From IMG/VR virus record IMGVR_UViG_3300031998_000007: a stretch of DNA of 64,000 nucleotides; one strand, given 5' to 3'. This stretch comes from a virus. Taxonomy: Duplodnaviria > Heunggongvirae > Uroviricota > Caudoviricetes. The position numbers were made by a program, and so were the translations under genes. Shown here piece after piece: positions 27,807 to 37,353 of the stretch. A model generated the notes under the pieces. The model did no database searches, had not been told where the DNA came from, and saw only the letters and a list, made by a program, of their open reading frames with translations. The stretch's first letter is position 1. Every line of letters begins with the position of its first letter.

Positions 27807-30800
27807 ATGGCTACAAAGATGGGTGACCTGTGCGCCCCTGGAGTTCTGCTTTCGATCGAGGATAATTCCGCCTATGGCGAGGTTCAGAACCCGTCCGCCA
27901 TCGCCGGTATTGTTGGTTTCGCCGCAAAAGGCGAGATGAACAAGATCCTCAACATCTCGAACTCCGGCGCGATGGATGCCATACTCGGATATGGCTACAA
28001 CAATGCCAAATACAACCAGGGCCTGTATGCCGCCCGTGGCGTCATCGACAACGGTGGCGTGGTTGAGTTCGTTCGCCCTTACGGCGAAGAAATCGACAAG
28101 TCCAGCCCTTACAAGAGGGACCTCAAGTCCGATGCGTTCGTCGTGACCTACGACCGCAACGCTTTCCGGTATGATGGACAGCCGAAGAACTCTTTCCAGA
28201 TGAAGCACTTCGCGGCAACCCGCTTCAAGACCGATGCTGCCGCCGATTTCGGCGTGCGCCGCAAGATCAACAACATCGCCGAGACTGTGAAGTCCGGCAA
28301 GAACGTTGACTTCGCAGTAAGCGCCGGTGAAGAGTTCACCGACAGCAAGGCATGCCGCTGGTACGACAACGAACGCAAGAAGGCTCCGACCGACACCGTC
28401 CTCTTTGCGATCATCAACAGCGACCCGAGCAGCGCCAACCGCGCCTACGAGTCCTACGACATCGTCGACGTCCAGACCAACCTGGTCAGCAAGACGCTCA
28501 CCCTGACCCTCGGTGCCCGTCCGACCTTCTCTGTCGGCGAAAAGCTCTACTTCCCGATCACGGAAGGTGGCGCAAGCAACCAGTTCGCCAGCGCGACTGT
28601 TCTCTCCATCGACGAGTTCGACGTTTCCGTGTCCCCGGATGACAGCTCCTACCTGGAAAGCTACAACCGTCCGTCCGTTGCCTTCTATTGCAGCGACGCG
28701 ACTGCCGTTGCCGACGGCTTCGACTACCTCACGGTCAAGACTGCCGTTGCCGGTCGTGGTGCAAAGACCTTCACGGTGATGAACATTGCCGACTTCGCTG
28801 CCGGCGAACGCTTCTCCGTCAAGGATTCTCTCCCGAACGGTTCCTGCATCATCGTGAACGATGCCAACAACGGTATCATCCCGGTCCGCATCATCAACAA
28901 CGAGTTCAACTCGCTCGGTGCAATCTCCTTCAAGACCACTGACGTGGATGGCAACGCCCTCCCGGCAGGCGTGTTCCGCATTGAAAACGCTGACGGCAAC
29001 GTGACCCTCTTTGATGGCGACGTCATCACAGTGAAGTTCATCGTGTCCGCTTCTGGCACATACACCGAATACAGCACGACGACCGTCACCGTTACCAATG
29101 CTGCCAAGTATCTCTGCACCCCGAACGAAGAGCTCGACGGTTCTGGCCTCGATTCCATCGCGGTCGAATCTTCCTACATCTCCGAGTTCAGCGAAAAGGT
29201 TGACAGCGTGTTCGCCGACATCAGCGACGCAAAGAGCTGGGGCGACGTGGTCAAGACCATCGCCAAGGCATTCCGCACTTCCGCGGTCGGTTACAACAAT
29301 CGTGCAGTCGTGAACGACATTGTCACCTTCGACTTGAAGGCCAACAAGCTCAAGCTCGACACGAGCGCCGCGCTGGAATACGCTGTCGGCGATGCAGTCG
29401 CTGTCGTGCTCGGCTCCGGCACTACCACGGTGGAAACGGAAGCCGAAATCACCGAGTTCATGGAAAAGTGGCACAACCCGGTCGTTGGTACCGCCAAGAT
29501 CACGGCAATCAACGTGATGACCGGCGAAATCACCCTTGACGCCCTCCCGGAAGGCATGGACGACACTGCCGGTGAACACTTCTACCAGTTGATTGACCTC
29601 ACCGGCGCTGCAATGGATGTGTATGCAAGTGCACATACCATCGAAACCGTGCTCACCCTCGACGACACTACCTGGTCTGCGGCCAACGGCAGTGTCGAAA
29701 CCTACGGTGTCGAGTGCTCCAAGATGACCATTGCAAACACTGACTTGGACGGCAAGGTTCAGGTCGGGGATGTGCTGGCCATTACCGATGGCGACAACTC
29801 CTACATTGACCCGGATCCGCAGACGTTCACTGTGGTTGGTCTCACCGGTGGCGAGGTTATCGTCAAGGACCCGTTGAAGAAGCTCCTTGGCGAAGGCATC
29901 TCCTACACGGTCAAGTTCACCAAGAGCGTTGACATCGGCCAGTTCTTCGTGGTCGGCGCCTACTCGCTCTATGTTCCGACGGCTGCCCAGAACGCTGCCC
30001 AGTTCAGCATGACCACCCAGGGCAAGGCCCTTGCTACCGAAACCGGTGCATTGTTGGTCACCGACACCAACCTGGTGCTCGTTGCCGACTATGACGGCAA
30101 GGCCTACATCAACCCGGGTATGGGCAAGGACCAGTACATCGTCGAAAAGTCCAGCAAGTGCCTCGCAAGCGCTGAAATCGGTGCAACCTTCCTCGGCCTC
30201 GGCCTCGCTACCACGAAGTATGAGGACGTCGAGTTCACCGGCAACCCGAAGCAGGTGTATGCTCTGACTGCCGACGGCGAAAACGTCGCCCGCCTCTTCC
30301 TCAACGTGCAGTATCGCTTCAACGGAAACGTGTATGAGTTCGAAGGAACCGTTGTCCCGTATGTGCTCAACGGCCAGACCCAGCTGTCCATCGAATACGC
30401 CGCAGGCTTCGAACTTGCGGACACCGGCGTGTCGTTCCTCCTCAACGAGAGCGGCGTGCTCGACAACTTCCTGGACAACAACTCCTACGACCTGTCCCAG
30501 ACCATCTACAACGGTGTTCTCGACGGTTCAAGCACCTGCATCTCCTTCAACCCGGATGACCCGGCTATCGTGAACGACGCTGTGTGGGTTTACCAGCCTG
30601 CCAACAACATGTCCACGAGCACCCTCGCCACGGTCTGGAACCTGTTCCTCGACAAGGACGGCTCCGATGTCTCGTTCCTCGTCTCCGCGGGCACGAACAT
30701 CAACAACTTCGGCATGAAGGACATCGAAACCCTCAACACGCAGGTCATGAGCGCAATGATGACGGTTTGTGAAGCCCGTAAGGACTGCTTCGCGCTCCTC

Positions 30801-31553
30801 GGCGGTATCGGCGAAGCCGAAATCGCGAAGGCGTTGAAGAAGTATGACGGCGCAACCTCCTTCCCGACTACGCTCGGCCGCTGGGCCGCGCTCTACGACG
30901 GCAAGGGCCGCGTGATGGACAACTTCTACACGCACAACGTGGTGGACATCGACAAGTCCGTTCAGATTGCTGCCCTCGTGACGGCAAACCGCAGCGGCTC
31001 TATCTTCTGGTACCCGCCTGCCGGTAAGAAGAAGGGTGGTGTCCCGAGCGCATGGGGAACTTCCGAGAAGTACCCGCGCCGCTACTCTTACCCGGAAGAC
31101 ACCACGTCCGACATCGCAAGGCTCATCAACATCCACGTCAACCCGACGCGCTGCACCAAGAAGGGCAACTTCTTCTGGGGCGACTGGACCTTGCAGATGG
31201 AAGACACTGCGTTCAACCAGATCCACGTTGCGATGTTGGTGGCCGGCATCCACAAGATGTACTACCACTACCTGGACAATTACGTGTTCGACCTGAACAC
31301 GCCGGAAGTCCGTGCGGACATCCAGTCCACCATCCAGGCATCGCTCGACTCCATCAAGAACGCCCGCCCGTCCGGCTTCTACATGGCAGAGTGCATCTGT
31401 AACGAAACCAACAACCCGCAACCGGTGATTGACCAGGGCAAACTCAATGTTTGGCTCCGTATTCGCCCGACCAAGACGGCCCGCTGGATCCAGCTCAAGA
31501 CCGAACTTGTGAAGACCGAAAACGGCAACCAGGTCACAACCGCACTGATCTAA
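27807..31553 (+). CDS. gp18: Contractile tail sheath protein with large insertion
   Basis: N-terminal PG...AGIVGFAAKGEMNK...GYG. C-terminal RKDCFALL, FWYPPAG, VNP...GNFFWGDWT...IHV and F..NT...R...RIRPTK. 1248 aa. Confidence 0.9.
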   Translation: MATKMGDLCAPGVLLSIEDNSAYGEVQNPSAIAGIVGFAAKGEMNKILNISNSGAMDAILGYGYNNAKYNQGLYAARGVIDNGGVVEFVRPYGEEIDKSSPYKRDLKSDAFVVTYDRNAFRYDGQPKNSFQMKHFAATRFKTDAAADFGVRRKINNIAETVKSGKNVDFAVSAGEEFTDSKACRWYDNERKKAPTDTVLFAIINSDPSSANRAYESYDIVDVQTNLVSKTLTLTLGARPTFSVGEKLYFPITEGGASNQFASATVLSIDEFDVSVSPDDSSYLESYNRPSVAFYCSDATAVADGFDYLTVKTAVAGRGAKTFTVMNIADFAAGERFSVKDSLPNGSCIIVNDANNGIIPVRIINNEFNSLGAISFKTTDVDGNALPAGVFRIENADGNVTLFDGDVITVKFIVSASGTYTEYSTTTVTVTNAAKYLCTPNEELDGSGLDSIAVESSYISEFSEKVDSVFADISDAKSWGDVVKTIAKAFRTSAVGYNNRAVVNDIVTFDLKANKLKLDTSAALEYAVGDAVAVVLGSGTTTVETEAEITEFMEKWHNPVVGTAKITAINVMTGEITLDALPEGMDDTAGEHFYQLIDLTGAAMDVYASAHTIETVLTLDDTTWSAANGSVETYGVECSKMTIANTDLDGKVQVGDVLAITDGDNSYIDPDPQTFTVVGLTGGEVIVKDPLKKLLGEGISYTVKFTKSVDIGQFFVVGAYSLYVPTAAQNAAQFSMTTQGKALATETGALLVTDTNLVLVADYDGKAYINPGMGKDQYIVEKSSKCLASAEIGATFLGLGLATTKYEDVEFTGNPKQVYALTADGENVARLFLNVQYRFNGNVYEFEGTVVPYVLNGQTQLSIEYAAGFELADTGVSFLLNESGVLDNFLDNNSYDLSQTIYNGVLDGSSTCISFNPDDPAIVNDAVWVYQPANNMSTSTLATVWNLFLDKDGSDVSFLVSAGTNINNFGMKDIETLNTQVMSAMMTVCEARKDCFALLGGIGEAEIAKALKKYDGATSFPTTLGRWAALYDGKGRVMDNFYTHNVVDIDKSVQIAALVTANRSGSIFWYPPAGKKKGGVPSAWGTSEKYPRRYSYPEDTTSDIARLINIHVNPTRCTKKGNFFWGDWTLQMEDTAFNQIHVAMLVAGIHKMYYHYLDNYVFDLNTPEVRADIQSTIQASLDSIKNARPSGFYMAECICNETNNPQPVIDQGKLNVWLRIRPTKTARWIQLKTELVKTENGNQVTTALI

Positions 31554-31565
31554 GGAGAATGAATC

Positions 31566-32324
31566 ATGGCAAGAAGCGAAGGAATATACAATACCCTCTC
31601 GGAAGAGCAGAAAAAGGTCGCCTTCTGGGGCGGCGCCATTGACCATCTCACGGATCCGTGGCGCACCACCCGTGCACGCTTGGTCATCCCGACCAGCATC
31701 TTCGGCCTTGTCGGCGTTGAGCCCTCCAACGGGGACTCGTTCGCCAACAGTGGCGGTGAGCATGAGTTCGCAATCCGCATCTTGAAGATGCCGGAACTGC
31801 CGAACGTCAAGATCGCCAAGAAGAGCATCGTGTACTCGAACTTCCCTCACCAGGTCCCCGTTGGACAGGAAGGCATTGCCGGCCAGTTCAGCATCAAGGG
31901 CTACCTCTATGAGGACTTGAAGGCTTACGAGACGCTCGTCGCCTGGAAGGAGCAGCTCTTCAACTGCGGCCTTCTTTCCGAAAGCCCGACCACGGCGATG
32001 CTCGACTCCGACTCCAGCCGCACGACGAATGAAGGCAACAACAAGATTTATCTTGGTGCTGGCCAGCAGGCGAACTACGGCAACGAGTATTCCGGCCTTC
32101 TCCGCAACGCGGCAATCCGTTGCGAGATGTTTGACTGGCACTACCTCAACTGCATCATGAGCGTGTGCTACGTCAACGCCTGGCCGTTCGAGGTCAAGAT
32201 TGACCAGACGCCGGAGTACAAGGAACAGGCGGACATCGCTACGTGGACGGCAACGTTCGCGTATGACCGCCCGAACATCTACGTCCCGAAGAAGGGCTAT
32301 GTAGTTGTGGGTGACAAGCCGTAA
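31566..32324 (+). CDS. gp19: Tail tube protein
   Basis: Follows the sheath gene. NAWPFEV...IATWTATFAYD tube-fold signature. Confidence 0.8.
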   Translation: MARSEGIYNTLSEEQKKVAFWGGAIDHLTDPWRTTRARLVIPTSIFGLVGVEPSNGDSFANSGGEHEFAIRILKMPELPNVKIAKKSIVYSNFPHQVPVGQEGIAGQFSIKGYLYEDLKAYETLVAWKEQLFNCGLLSESPTTAMLDSDSSRTTNEGNNKIYLGAGQQANYGNEYSGLLRNAAIRCEMFDWHYLNCIMSVCYVNAWPFEVKIDQTPEYKEQADIATWTATFAYDRPNIYVPKKGYVVVGDKP

Positions 32325-32350
32325 TCAACCGGACACGTTTCAACTCCCAC

Positions 32351-32378
32351 AAGCCGGCCAGCGATGGCCGGCTTTCTT
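32351..32378 (+). terminator. Intrinsic terminator of the sheath-tube unit
   Basis: AAGCCGGCCA-GCGA-TGGCCGGCTTTCTT. Confidence 0.75.
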
Positions 32379-32411
32379 GTATTTGGTCCCTAATTTTGGT
32401 ATATTTTGGAC

Positions 32412-33092
32412 ATGAGTGATCCATTTGCAGCATATAAGCAGGCCACCGATGCGATGGCCAGACAGGCTACCCAGCAATTTACGGCCCAGCAGGAGCAGGT
32501 CGTGGCGTCGGCACCGAAGCCGAAGCGGACCAAGGGTGTCCCGATTTCGGAACTCCAGACGGACGAGAAGATTATCAAGGTCAGGGATTTCCTCATGGCT
32601 ACCCTGGACTCCACGAACGAGGAGGGCGACCCGGACCTGCACAAGATGGTCTATAACGGCACATACAACATGGGCGCGGCCGCAATCGAGATGGCCGGCC
32701 TCGTCATGCAGGAAAAGCTCCGCCTGGAAAGCATGCAGAAGATGCTCCGCGAGAAAAAGGCAAGGACGTTGGAACGCATGCGCAACACGCGCATCGGCTG
32801 GTCTCCTACGAACTCGGAGATAAATACGCTCGTTGAGGGCAACACGGAGACCAATATAGACGGCGATACGGACGAGATGCGTGCACTCGACAAGTATTCT
32901 GTCTCTAAACTCCAATCTATGGTTGACCGGCAGCAGGAATACATTGATTTCCTGAAAGCCGGGCAAGAACAGATACGGTATTACCCCAGCAATGCGAAGG
33001 CCCTTACGGCGGTCTATCAGTTCGGCGTGGAAATCGGCAAGATTATCCCGGATGAAAACGAATGGAAGAAATACCGGAAGAAATCAGGATAG
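32412..33092 (+). CDS. uvsY: UvsY-like recombination mediator
   Basis: Helical protein. SEINTLVEG and ..YIDFLKAGQEQIR resemble T4 UvsY SEMKTVLSA and LLDFCSGALDAIK. TTTTGGTATATTTT lies just upstream. Confidence 0.5.
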   Translation: MSDPFAAYKQATDAMARQATQQFTAQQEQVVASAPKPKRTKGVPISELQTDEKIIKVRDFLMATLDSTNEEGDPDLHKMVYNGTYNMGAAAIEMAGLVMQEKLRLESMQKMLREKKARTLERMRNTRIGWSPTNSEINTLVEGNTETNIDGDTDEMRALDKYSVSKLQSMVDRQQEYIDFLKAGQEQIRYYPSNAKALTAVYQFGVEIGKIIPDENEWKKYRKKSG

Positions 33093-33095
33093 CAA

Positions 33096-33869
33096 ATGGA
33101 TCAGAACTCGCAGATACAGCCGACGGACTTTTTCCACTCGTTTGACTTTACGTCGGACGGGAATGAGCCGCCTGTCGACGCCGGCCCGATTGACTTTGCC
33201 GGCATGGACGAACGTCCTACGCCCCGGGCCGCAAAACAGAAACCCAACCCGTTTGCGGTAATCGAAAGCAAGCTGCGGTTGCCTGACGGTTCTACCGAAC
33301 AGGCGCTTGCCGTGTTGAAACAGAACACGTCCAATATCGCGAAGACGGCAGCTTCCTTCCAGAACCAGGCAAACAATGTCGTCGCTGCCCAACAGCAGGT
33401 CGCCAAGGGCTATGCCAAGATTGACCCGGAACAGCTGCGTTCCGACCGTGAGCGCATCAGGTCGGAGGCGTTCGAGATGTACGAGAATGTCAAGGAGCTG
33501 TTCATGTCCATGAAGGAAACCTTCATGGGCACGGTTTCCCCTCCGCCCAACATGTGCACGGCCATCGCCACGATGGTGAACTCCGTCCAGCAGTCCCTTG
33601 ACAAGCTAATCAAGGTCGTCCAGGTGCTGCGCGAGGAAGGCGAACATTACGATGAGAAGTATGTCAAGCCCGAGGTCAAGGAGGAGGACGTCGAGAATCA
33701 GACCTACGATTTCAGCCCGACCCAGATGGCCGACCTTGTCGAACTTTGGGACAAGAAGGCCGAGGAGAAGCGCAAGGAAGACCTTGACCGGGAGTTCGCA
33801 AACCGGTCCCCCGCACAGATTACCGATGAAAGTTCGGGGGAGACGAAACTGATTGAACAGAAAACCTAG
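33096..33869 (+). CDS. gp16: Terminase small subunit (gp16-like)
   Basis: QLRSDRERIR...SPPPNMCTAIATMVNSV...YDFSPTQMADL parallels T4 gp16 DLEDDYGVVR...SPRHMEVFATLMGQM...FMGSPTELMD. Confidence 0.65.
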   Translation: MDQNSQIQPTDFFHSFDFTSDGNEPPVDAGPIDFAGMDERPTPRAAKQKPNPFAVIESKLRLPDGSTEQALAVLKQNTSNIAKTAASFQNQANNVVAAQQQVAKGYAKIDPEQLRSDRERIRSEAFEMYENVKELFMSMKETFMGTVSPPPNMCTAIATMVNSVQQSLDKLIKVVQVLREEGEHYDEKYVKPEVKEEDVENQTYDFSPTQMADLVELWDKKAEEKRKEDLDREFANRSPAQITDESSGETKLIEQKT

Positions 33870-33895
33870 TTTTCTGCCATAAATGAGGTACTACA

Positions 33896-35371
33896 ATGCC
33901 AGATATTAAGGAAATGCTTAAACAGAAGGTTGCCGAACGCGTCAAGCAGGTTGACCGTTTCGACATTCTCTTCATCACAGACGGCGCATCCCGTATGTAT
34001 AATCTCCGCGGCATCACTGCCATGGAAGATTTTGCCCGTTTCTACGATTCGAGCGGCAAGACGGCCAAGATTTCCCTCGTCACGATGGACAGCACCCGCG
34101 CATGCCAGCTCAAGCCGGACTTCTCCAAGTTCAGCATCGTGTGGTTCGACAATGTCGCCAACCGCGAGCTTTCCCGCATTGTTGACGAACAGCGTCTCCG
34201 CATAACGGAAGATGTCCTTCCTGGCTGGAAGGAAGACCTCGACGACTTTGAAAAGGAAATTGCCGCAGCTTCCAAGAAGTATGAAGACGCGGTTGCCGCA
34301 GCAGAAGTCGCTGCCGGCGGTCCTGACCACGACGAAACCGAAGAAGAGCAGGCTGCCGCCAAGGCCCTCAAGGATCTTGTCAAGGAACGCGACGAATATC
34401 TGGCGGATGTTGCCGAATACCGTGCAATCTCCTCGACCCGTTTCATCTACGCCCTCGACGAATTTATCTGGGAAGGCCCGATTGGCAGTGGCCGCAGCAA
34501 TACCGTCAACTACGTCAAGACGGTGGAAGACCTCATCGTGTCCTGTGACGCCCTCGTCGTCCCGAACACCCAGATGGCAAAGCTCATCGGTACGTTCCGC
34601 TTCGTCGGCAACAAGGACATCGCCGTTGTCCCGACGTTCATGAGCGAACGTTTCTACCCGGTCAACAAGATTTTCAAGCGTGCCGGCAGCAGCTCTTCCA
34701 GCATCCGCAAGCCGAAAATCCTCTTCAAGGGCCCGGTAATCCCGACCGTCCTCCAGAACTACATCTTCCACTATCACGAAAAGGCCGACATCACGATTTC
34801 TACCGGTGGCGTCCTCCAGGAACGCGTGTACAAGCTCCTCTGCGAAGGGAAGATCAAGAACATCGTCCACTGGTCCCACCCGAACCTCAGCGACCGCGCT
34901 CTCCTGCACACGCAGGCCGTGGAACGCGACGTGCCGTTCGACTTTGTCATCCTCACGATGCCTGACGACCCGGCAGACTGCATCTACTGTGTCGCCGATG
35001 CCGATACGGACGCTCTCGAAGCAGTCGCATGCGGTGCCGTCGCAATCGCTCAGATTGACGACATCAACTACGATGACGGTGTCCACATCTGTAAGGAAAC
35101 CGGCCTCACTTTCGGTCACTCCATCACGGTCGAAAAGTTCGTGGCCCTCATCACCAAGTGGAGTTCCTGCGTCAGCTGGGACAACGCCCATGAAAAACAG
35201 CGCAAGCTGCTTGACACCAGAATGGTCGGCAGCGACGCCATCATGGGTAGCTACTACGGCGTGATGTGCGGTAAGCTCGTTTCTGCCGAACGTGCCGACA
35301 CCATCAAGAAGATGCTTGCTGACGGCGACAACGCGGCGGAAGCCATCGAAGCGGGGGAAGCCGCGAAGTGA
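33896..35371 (+). CDS. Divergent GT-B (GT4-like) glycosyltransferase-fold protein
   Basis: ILFITD, IYALDEFIW, CDALVVPNTQMAK, VVPTF and LEAVACGAVAIA follow the GT4 layout. Carries an acidic coiled-coil insert. Confidence 0.5.
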   Translation: MPDIKEMLKQKVAERVKQVDRFDILFITDGASRMYNLRGITAMEDFARFYDSSGKTAKISLVTMDSTRACQLKPDFSKFSIVWFDNVANRELSRIVDEQRLRITEDVLPGWKEDLDDFEKEIAAASKKYEDAVAAAEVAAGGPDHDETEEEQAAAKALKDLVKERDEYLADVAEYRAISSTRFIYALDEFIWEGPIGSGRSNTVNYVKTVEDLIVSCDALVVPNTQMAKLIGTFRFVGNKDIAVVPTFMSERFYPVNKIFKRAGSSSSSIRKPKILFKGPVIPTVLQNYIFHYHEKADITISTGGVLQERVYKLLCEGKIKNIVHWSHPNLSDRALLHTQAVERDVPFDFVILTMPDDPADCIYCVADADTDALEAVACGAVAIAQIDDINYDDGVHICKETGLTFGHSITVEKFVALITKWSSCVSWDNAHEKQRKLLDTRMVGSDAIMGSYYGVMCGKLVSAERADTIKKMLADGDNAAEAIEAGEAAK

Positions 35372-35634
35372 TGTACTACGCGGCCCGTTATGACCTGACG
35401 ATGTTCGCCAGGCGCGAGCTTAACGGCTTTGGGGATCCGGTTGACGGGTCCCTTCCCGTAGGAAAGACCCTTGTCTCGCTGGGACAGGGTTATCCCACCC
35501 CGGAACAGGCCCAGGCGGCCGTCGATGCCGGAAACAAGTCTTGCAAGGACGGCGAGCAGCTGTCCTGCATTTTCAAGAACGGCGAGCAGTATAACGGTCC
35601 GAGATACCATTACGAGCTCGTATCGGAGGAATGA
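35371..35634 (+). CDS. Hypothetical protein
   Basis: 88-aa ORF overlapping both neighbours (TGATG junctions). Confidence 0.55.
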   Translation: MYYAARYDLTMFARRELNGFGDPVDGSLPVGKTLVSLGQGYPTPEQAQAAVDAGNKSCKDGEQLSCIFKNGEQYNGPRYHYELVSEE

Positions 35635-37004
35635 TGAACAACATGGTCAAGCAGGTTCCGCAGGCGGAACGCGTCCCGCAGGCTGGCGAAGTTCAGCTTC
35701 CGCCGGAAGTCGCCGCGTATGTGAACGCTGCACGAGAGAAGAGTGCCGAACTGCACGGGGATTTTCAGGAAGGTGAAACTCCTTCCCAGATGATGGCCCG
35801 GATGAACAGCAAACTCGACCAGGGTGCGGCGCTTGCACCGAAGCCTCCGCGCAGGAAGCGCCCGATGGTGCGCCAGGTGCCTGTCCAGGAAGAGGCTCCC
35901 GCCGTGGAACAGCCGATGGAAGTAGCCCCTCCGGCATTCGAGGCTGCCCAGCAACAGCCGCAGCTCCCTCCCGAGTATATTCCGGCGGACCGTGTCGAGC
36001 GCCCGGCGCCGAGAAAGTTCCCGAAAATCCCGGCAGCTGCGATGCGGCTCCCGGAAGCACCGGCTCCAGAACATCACGTTCCCGATCCGATTGCTACAGG
36101 CATCCCCGCATACGGGCAGGCGCCAGCCCCCGCTCCGGCACCCACGCCGGAACCTCCGCAGCAGCCGGCCCCGATTGTGCACCAGGTGGACAACTCGGTT
36201 CCCCACAACATGGGCGCCGAACGCCGCAACTATGACGCATACTCGCTCATCACGGCGCTTCCGTCGAAGGGACTGTTCTACAAGAACGCGGTTTATGGCC
36301 AGTGCCTCTCGCTCGAAGACATCCTTCTCCTGTCTGGCGCCACGCCGTATGACACCGTGGACATCTTCGACGAAATCCTCCAGCGCCGCGTGAAGGGCGT
36401 CCTCCCGGGCGAAATCATGTGGTGCGACGAGGCCTATATCTTCCAGTGGCTCCGCATCTCGTCATTCCCGACCATCGGGATTCCATATCCCGACGGGTTC
36501 AAGTGCCACGAGTGCGGATATACGGAGACATCCCCGGATTACCAGATTTCCTTCAAGAACATGGACTTCCGAACCAACATCGACCCGAAGGAACTTGCGG
36601 CCAGCATGCCGGAAGGCTATTTCGCCTTCCACTTCAGCGACGGTCGCGAGTGCAACGTGTACCCGCGCAAGCGCCGTCACGACCAGCCGATGCAGGAATG
36701 GTTGAAGGACTATGTCGCGACATACGGCGTAACCCCGAAGAAGGCCCACATGCAGCTTTCCGCGACTGCAGCCGTAATCGAAATCGAGGGCATCGACGAC
36801 CCGGATGAGAAGAAACGCCATCTTGCGAAGTTCAACTACCTCCGCAACCTCCGAAACATTGATGACTACCATCTCTTGTTCGACAGCGTGAACTCCCATT
36901 CGCTCATCGCGGAAAACCATGTCATCCATGTCTGCCCCGTGTGCGGCGCAAAGGTGGATATTGTATATCCCTTTCGTACCGACCAGTACGTTTCCGGTAT
37001 ATAG
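35631..37004 (+). CDS. gp26: Baseplate hub assembly protein (gp26-like) with Pro/Gln-rich N-terminal extension
   Basis: LPSKGLFY, D..YIFQWLRISS, CxxC (CHECG) and C-terminal HVCPVCG. Confidence 0.7.
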   Translation: MMNNMVKQVPQAERVPQAGEVQLPPEVAAYVNAAREKSAELHGDFQEGETPSQMMARMNSKLDQGAALAPKPPRRKRPMVRQVPVQEEAPAVEQPMEVAPPAFEAAQQQPQLPPEYIPADRVERPAPRKFPKIPAAAMRLPEAPAPEHHVPDPIATGIPAYGQAPAPAPAPTPEPPQQPAPIVHQVDNSVPHNMGAERRNYDAYSLITALPSKGLFYKNAVYGQCLSLEDILLLSGATPYDTVDIFDEILQRRVKGVLPGEIMWCDEAYIFQWLRISSFPTIGIPYPDGFKCHECGYTETSPDYQISFKNMDFRTNIDPKELAASMPEGYFAFHFSDGRECNVYPRKRRHDQPMQEWLKDYVATYGVTPKKAHMQLSATAAVIEIEGIDDPDEKKRHLAKFNYLRNLRNIDDYHLLFDSVNSHSLIAENHVIHVCPVCGAKVDIVYPFRTDQYVSGI

Positions 37005-37014
37005 GCCGGAGGAC

Positions 37015-37170
37015 GTGGCGCACGACAAGGCGGTCATCTCGCAGATTACATCGAACACGAGCGCCGACTGCGACCGCATGCTGCTGCCGGAGTTCTTTGT
37101 GTTGCGCGACTACGCAATCAAGGAATACCAGCGGCTCTACATGCGGAGAAAGGAAACCCAATCGCTTTAA
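37015..37170 (+). CDS. gp51-like baseplate assembly peptide
   Basis: DCDRMLLPEFFVLRDY resembles the gp51-family EIENMIPWERSIY segment and lies right after gp26. Start uncertain (GTG 37015, or frameshift). Confidence 0.45.
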   Translation: MAHDKAVISQITSNTSADCDRMLLPEFFVLRDYAIKEYQRLYMRRKETQSL

Positions 37171-37179
37171 GGAGAACAA

Positions 37180-37353
37180 ATGAAGGACAAACCGAAAAAG
37201 GAATTTGAGACCGAAGAGCAGAAGAACGCCCGCTGGGCAAAGCAGTCCAAGCAGGCCCGCTCCTTCGGCAAGCAGTGCGGGTTCGACGCGAAGAAGCTCG
37301 CGGGCGAACGCAACAAGTATGCGAAAGAACGTCGCGGGAAGTTTGATTACTGA
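37180..37353 (+). CDS. Small basic protein, 57 aa (MKDKPKKEFET...)
   Basis: Hand translation. AAGGAG RBS, and the stop overlaps the methylase ATG. Confidence 0.65.
   Translation: MKDKPKKEFETEEQKNARWAKQSKQARSFGKQCGFDAKKLAGERNKYAKERRGKFDY

Noticed and set aside
785-32141. Long opposite-strand ORFs (e.g. 785..2119, 15977..18052, 21555..23393, 23810..25606, 27786..29636, 30528..32141)
   Set aside because: They mirror genes with clear motifs, lack RBS or promoter motifs, and read as V/L/G/R-rich shadow frames expected from GC-rich codon bias.
4976-33095. In-frame TAG junctions (4985/4975, 13484/13512, 33092/33096) suggesting amber recoding or read-through
   Set aside because: Other TAG junctions (14462, 33869, 43402, 44603, 50588) are out of frame. 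Core genes are full length in the standard code, and the downstream genes generally have their own RBS.
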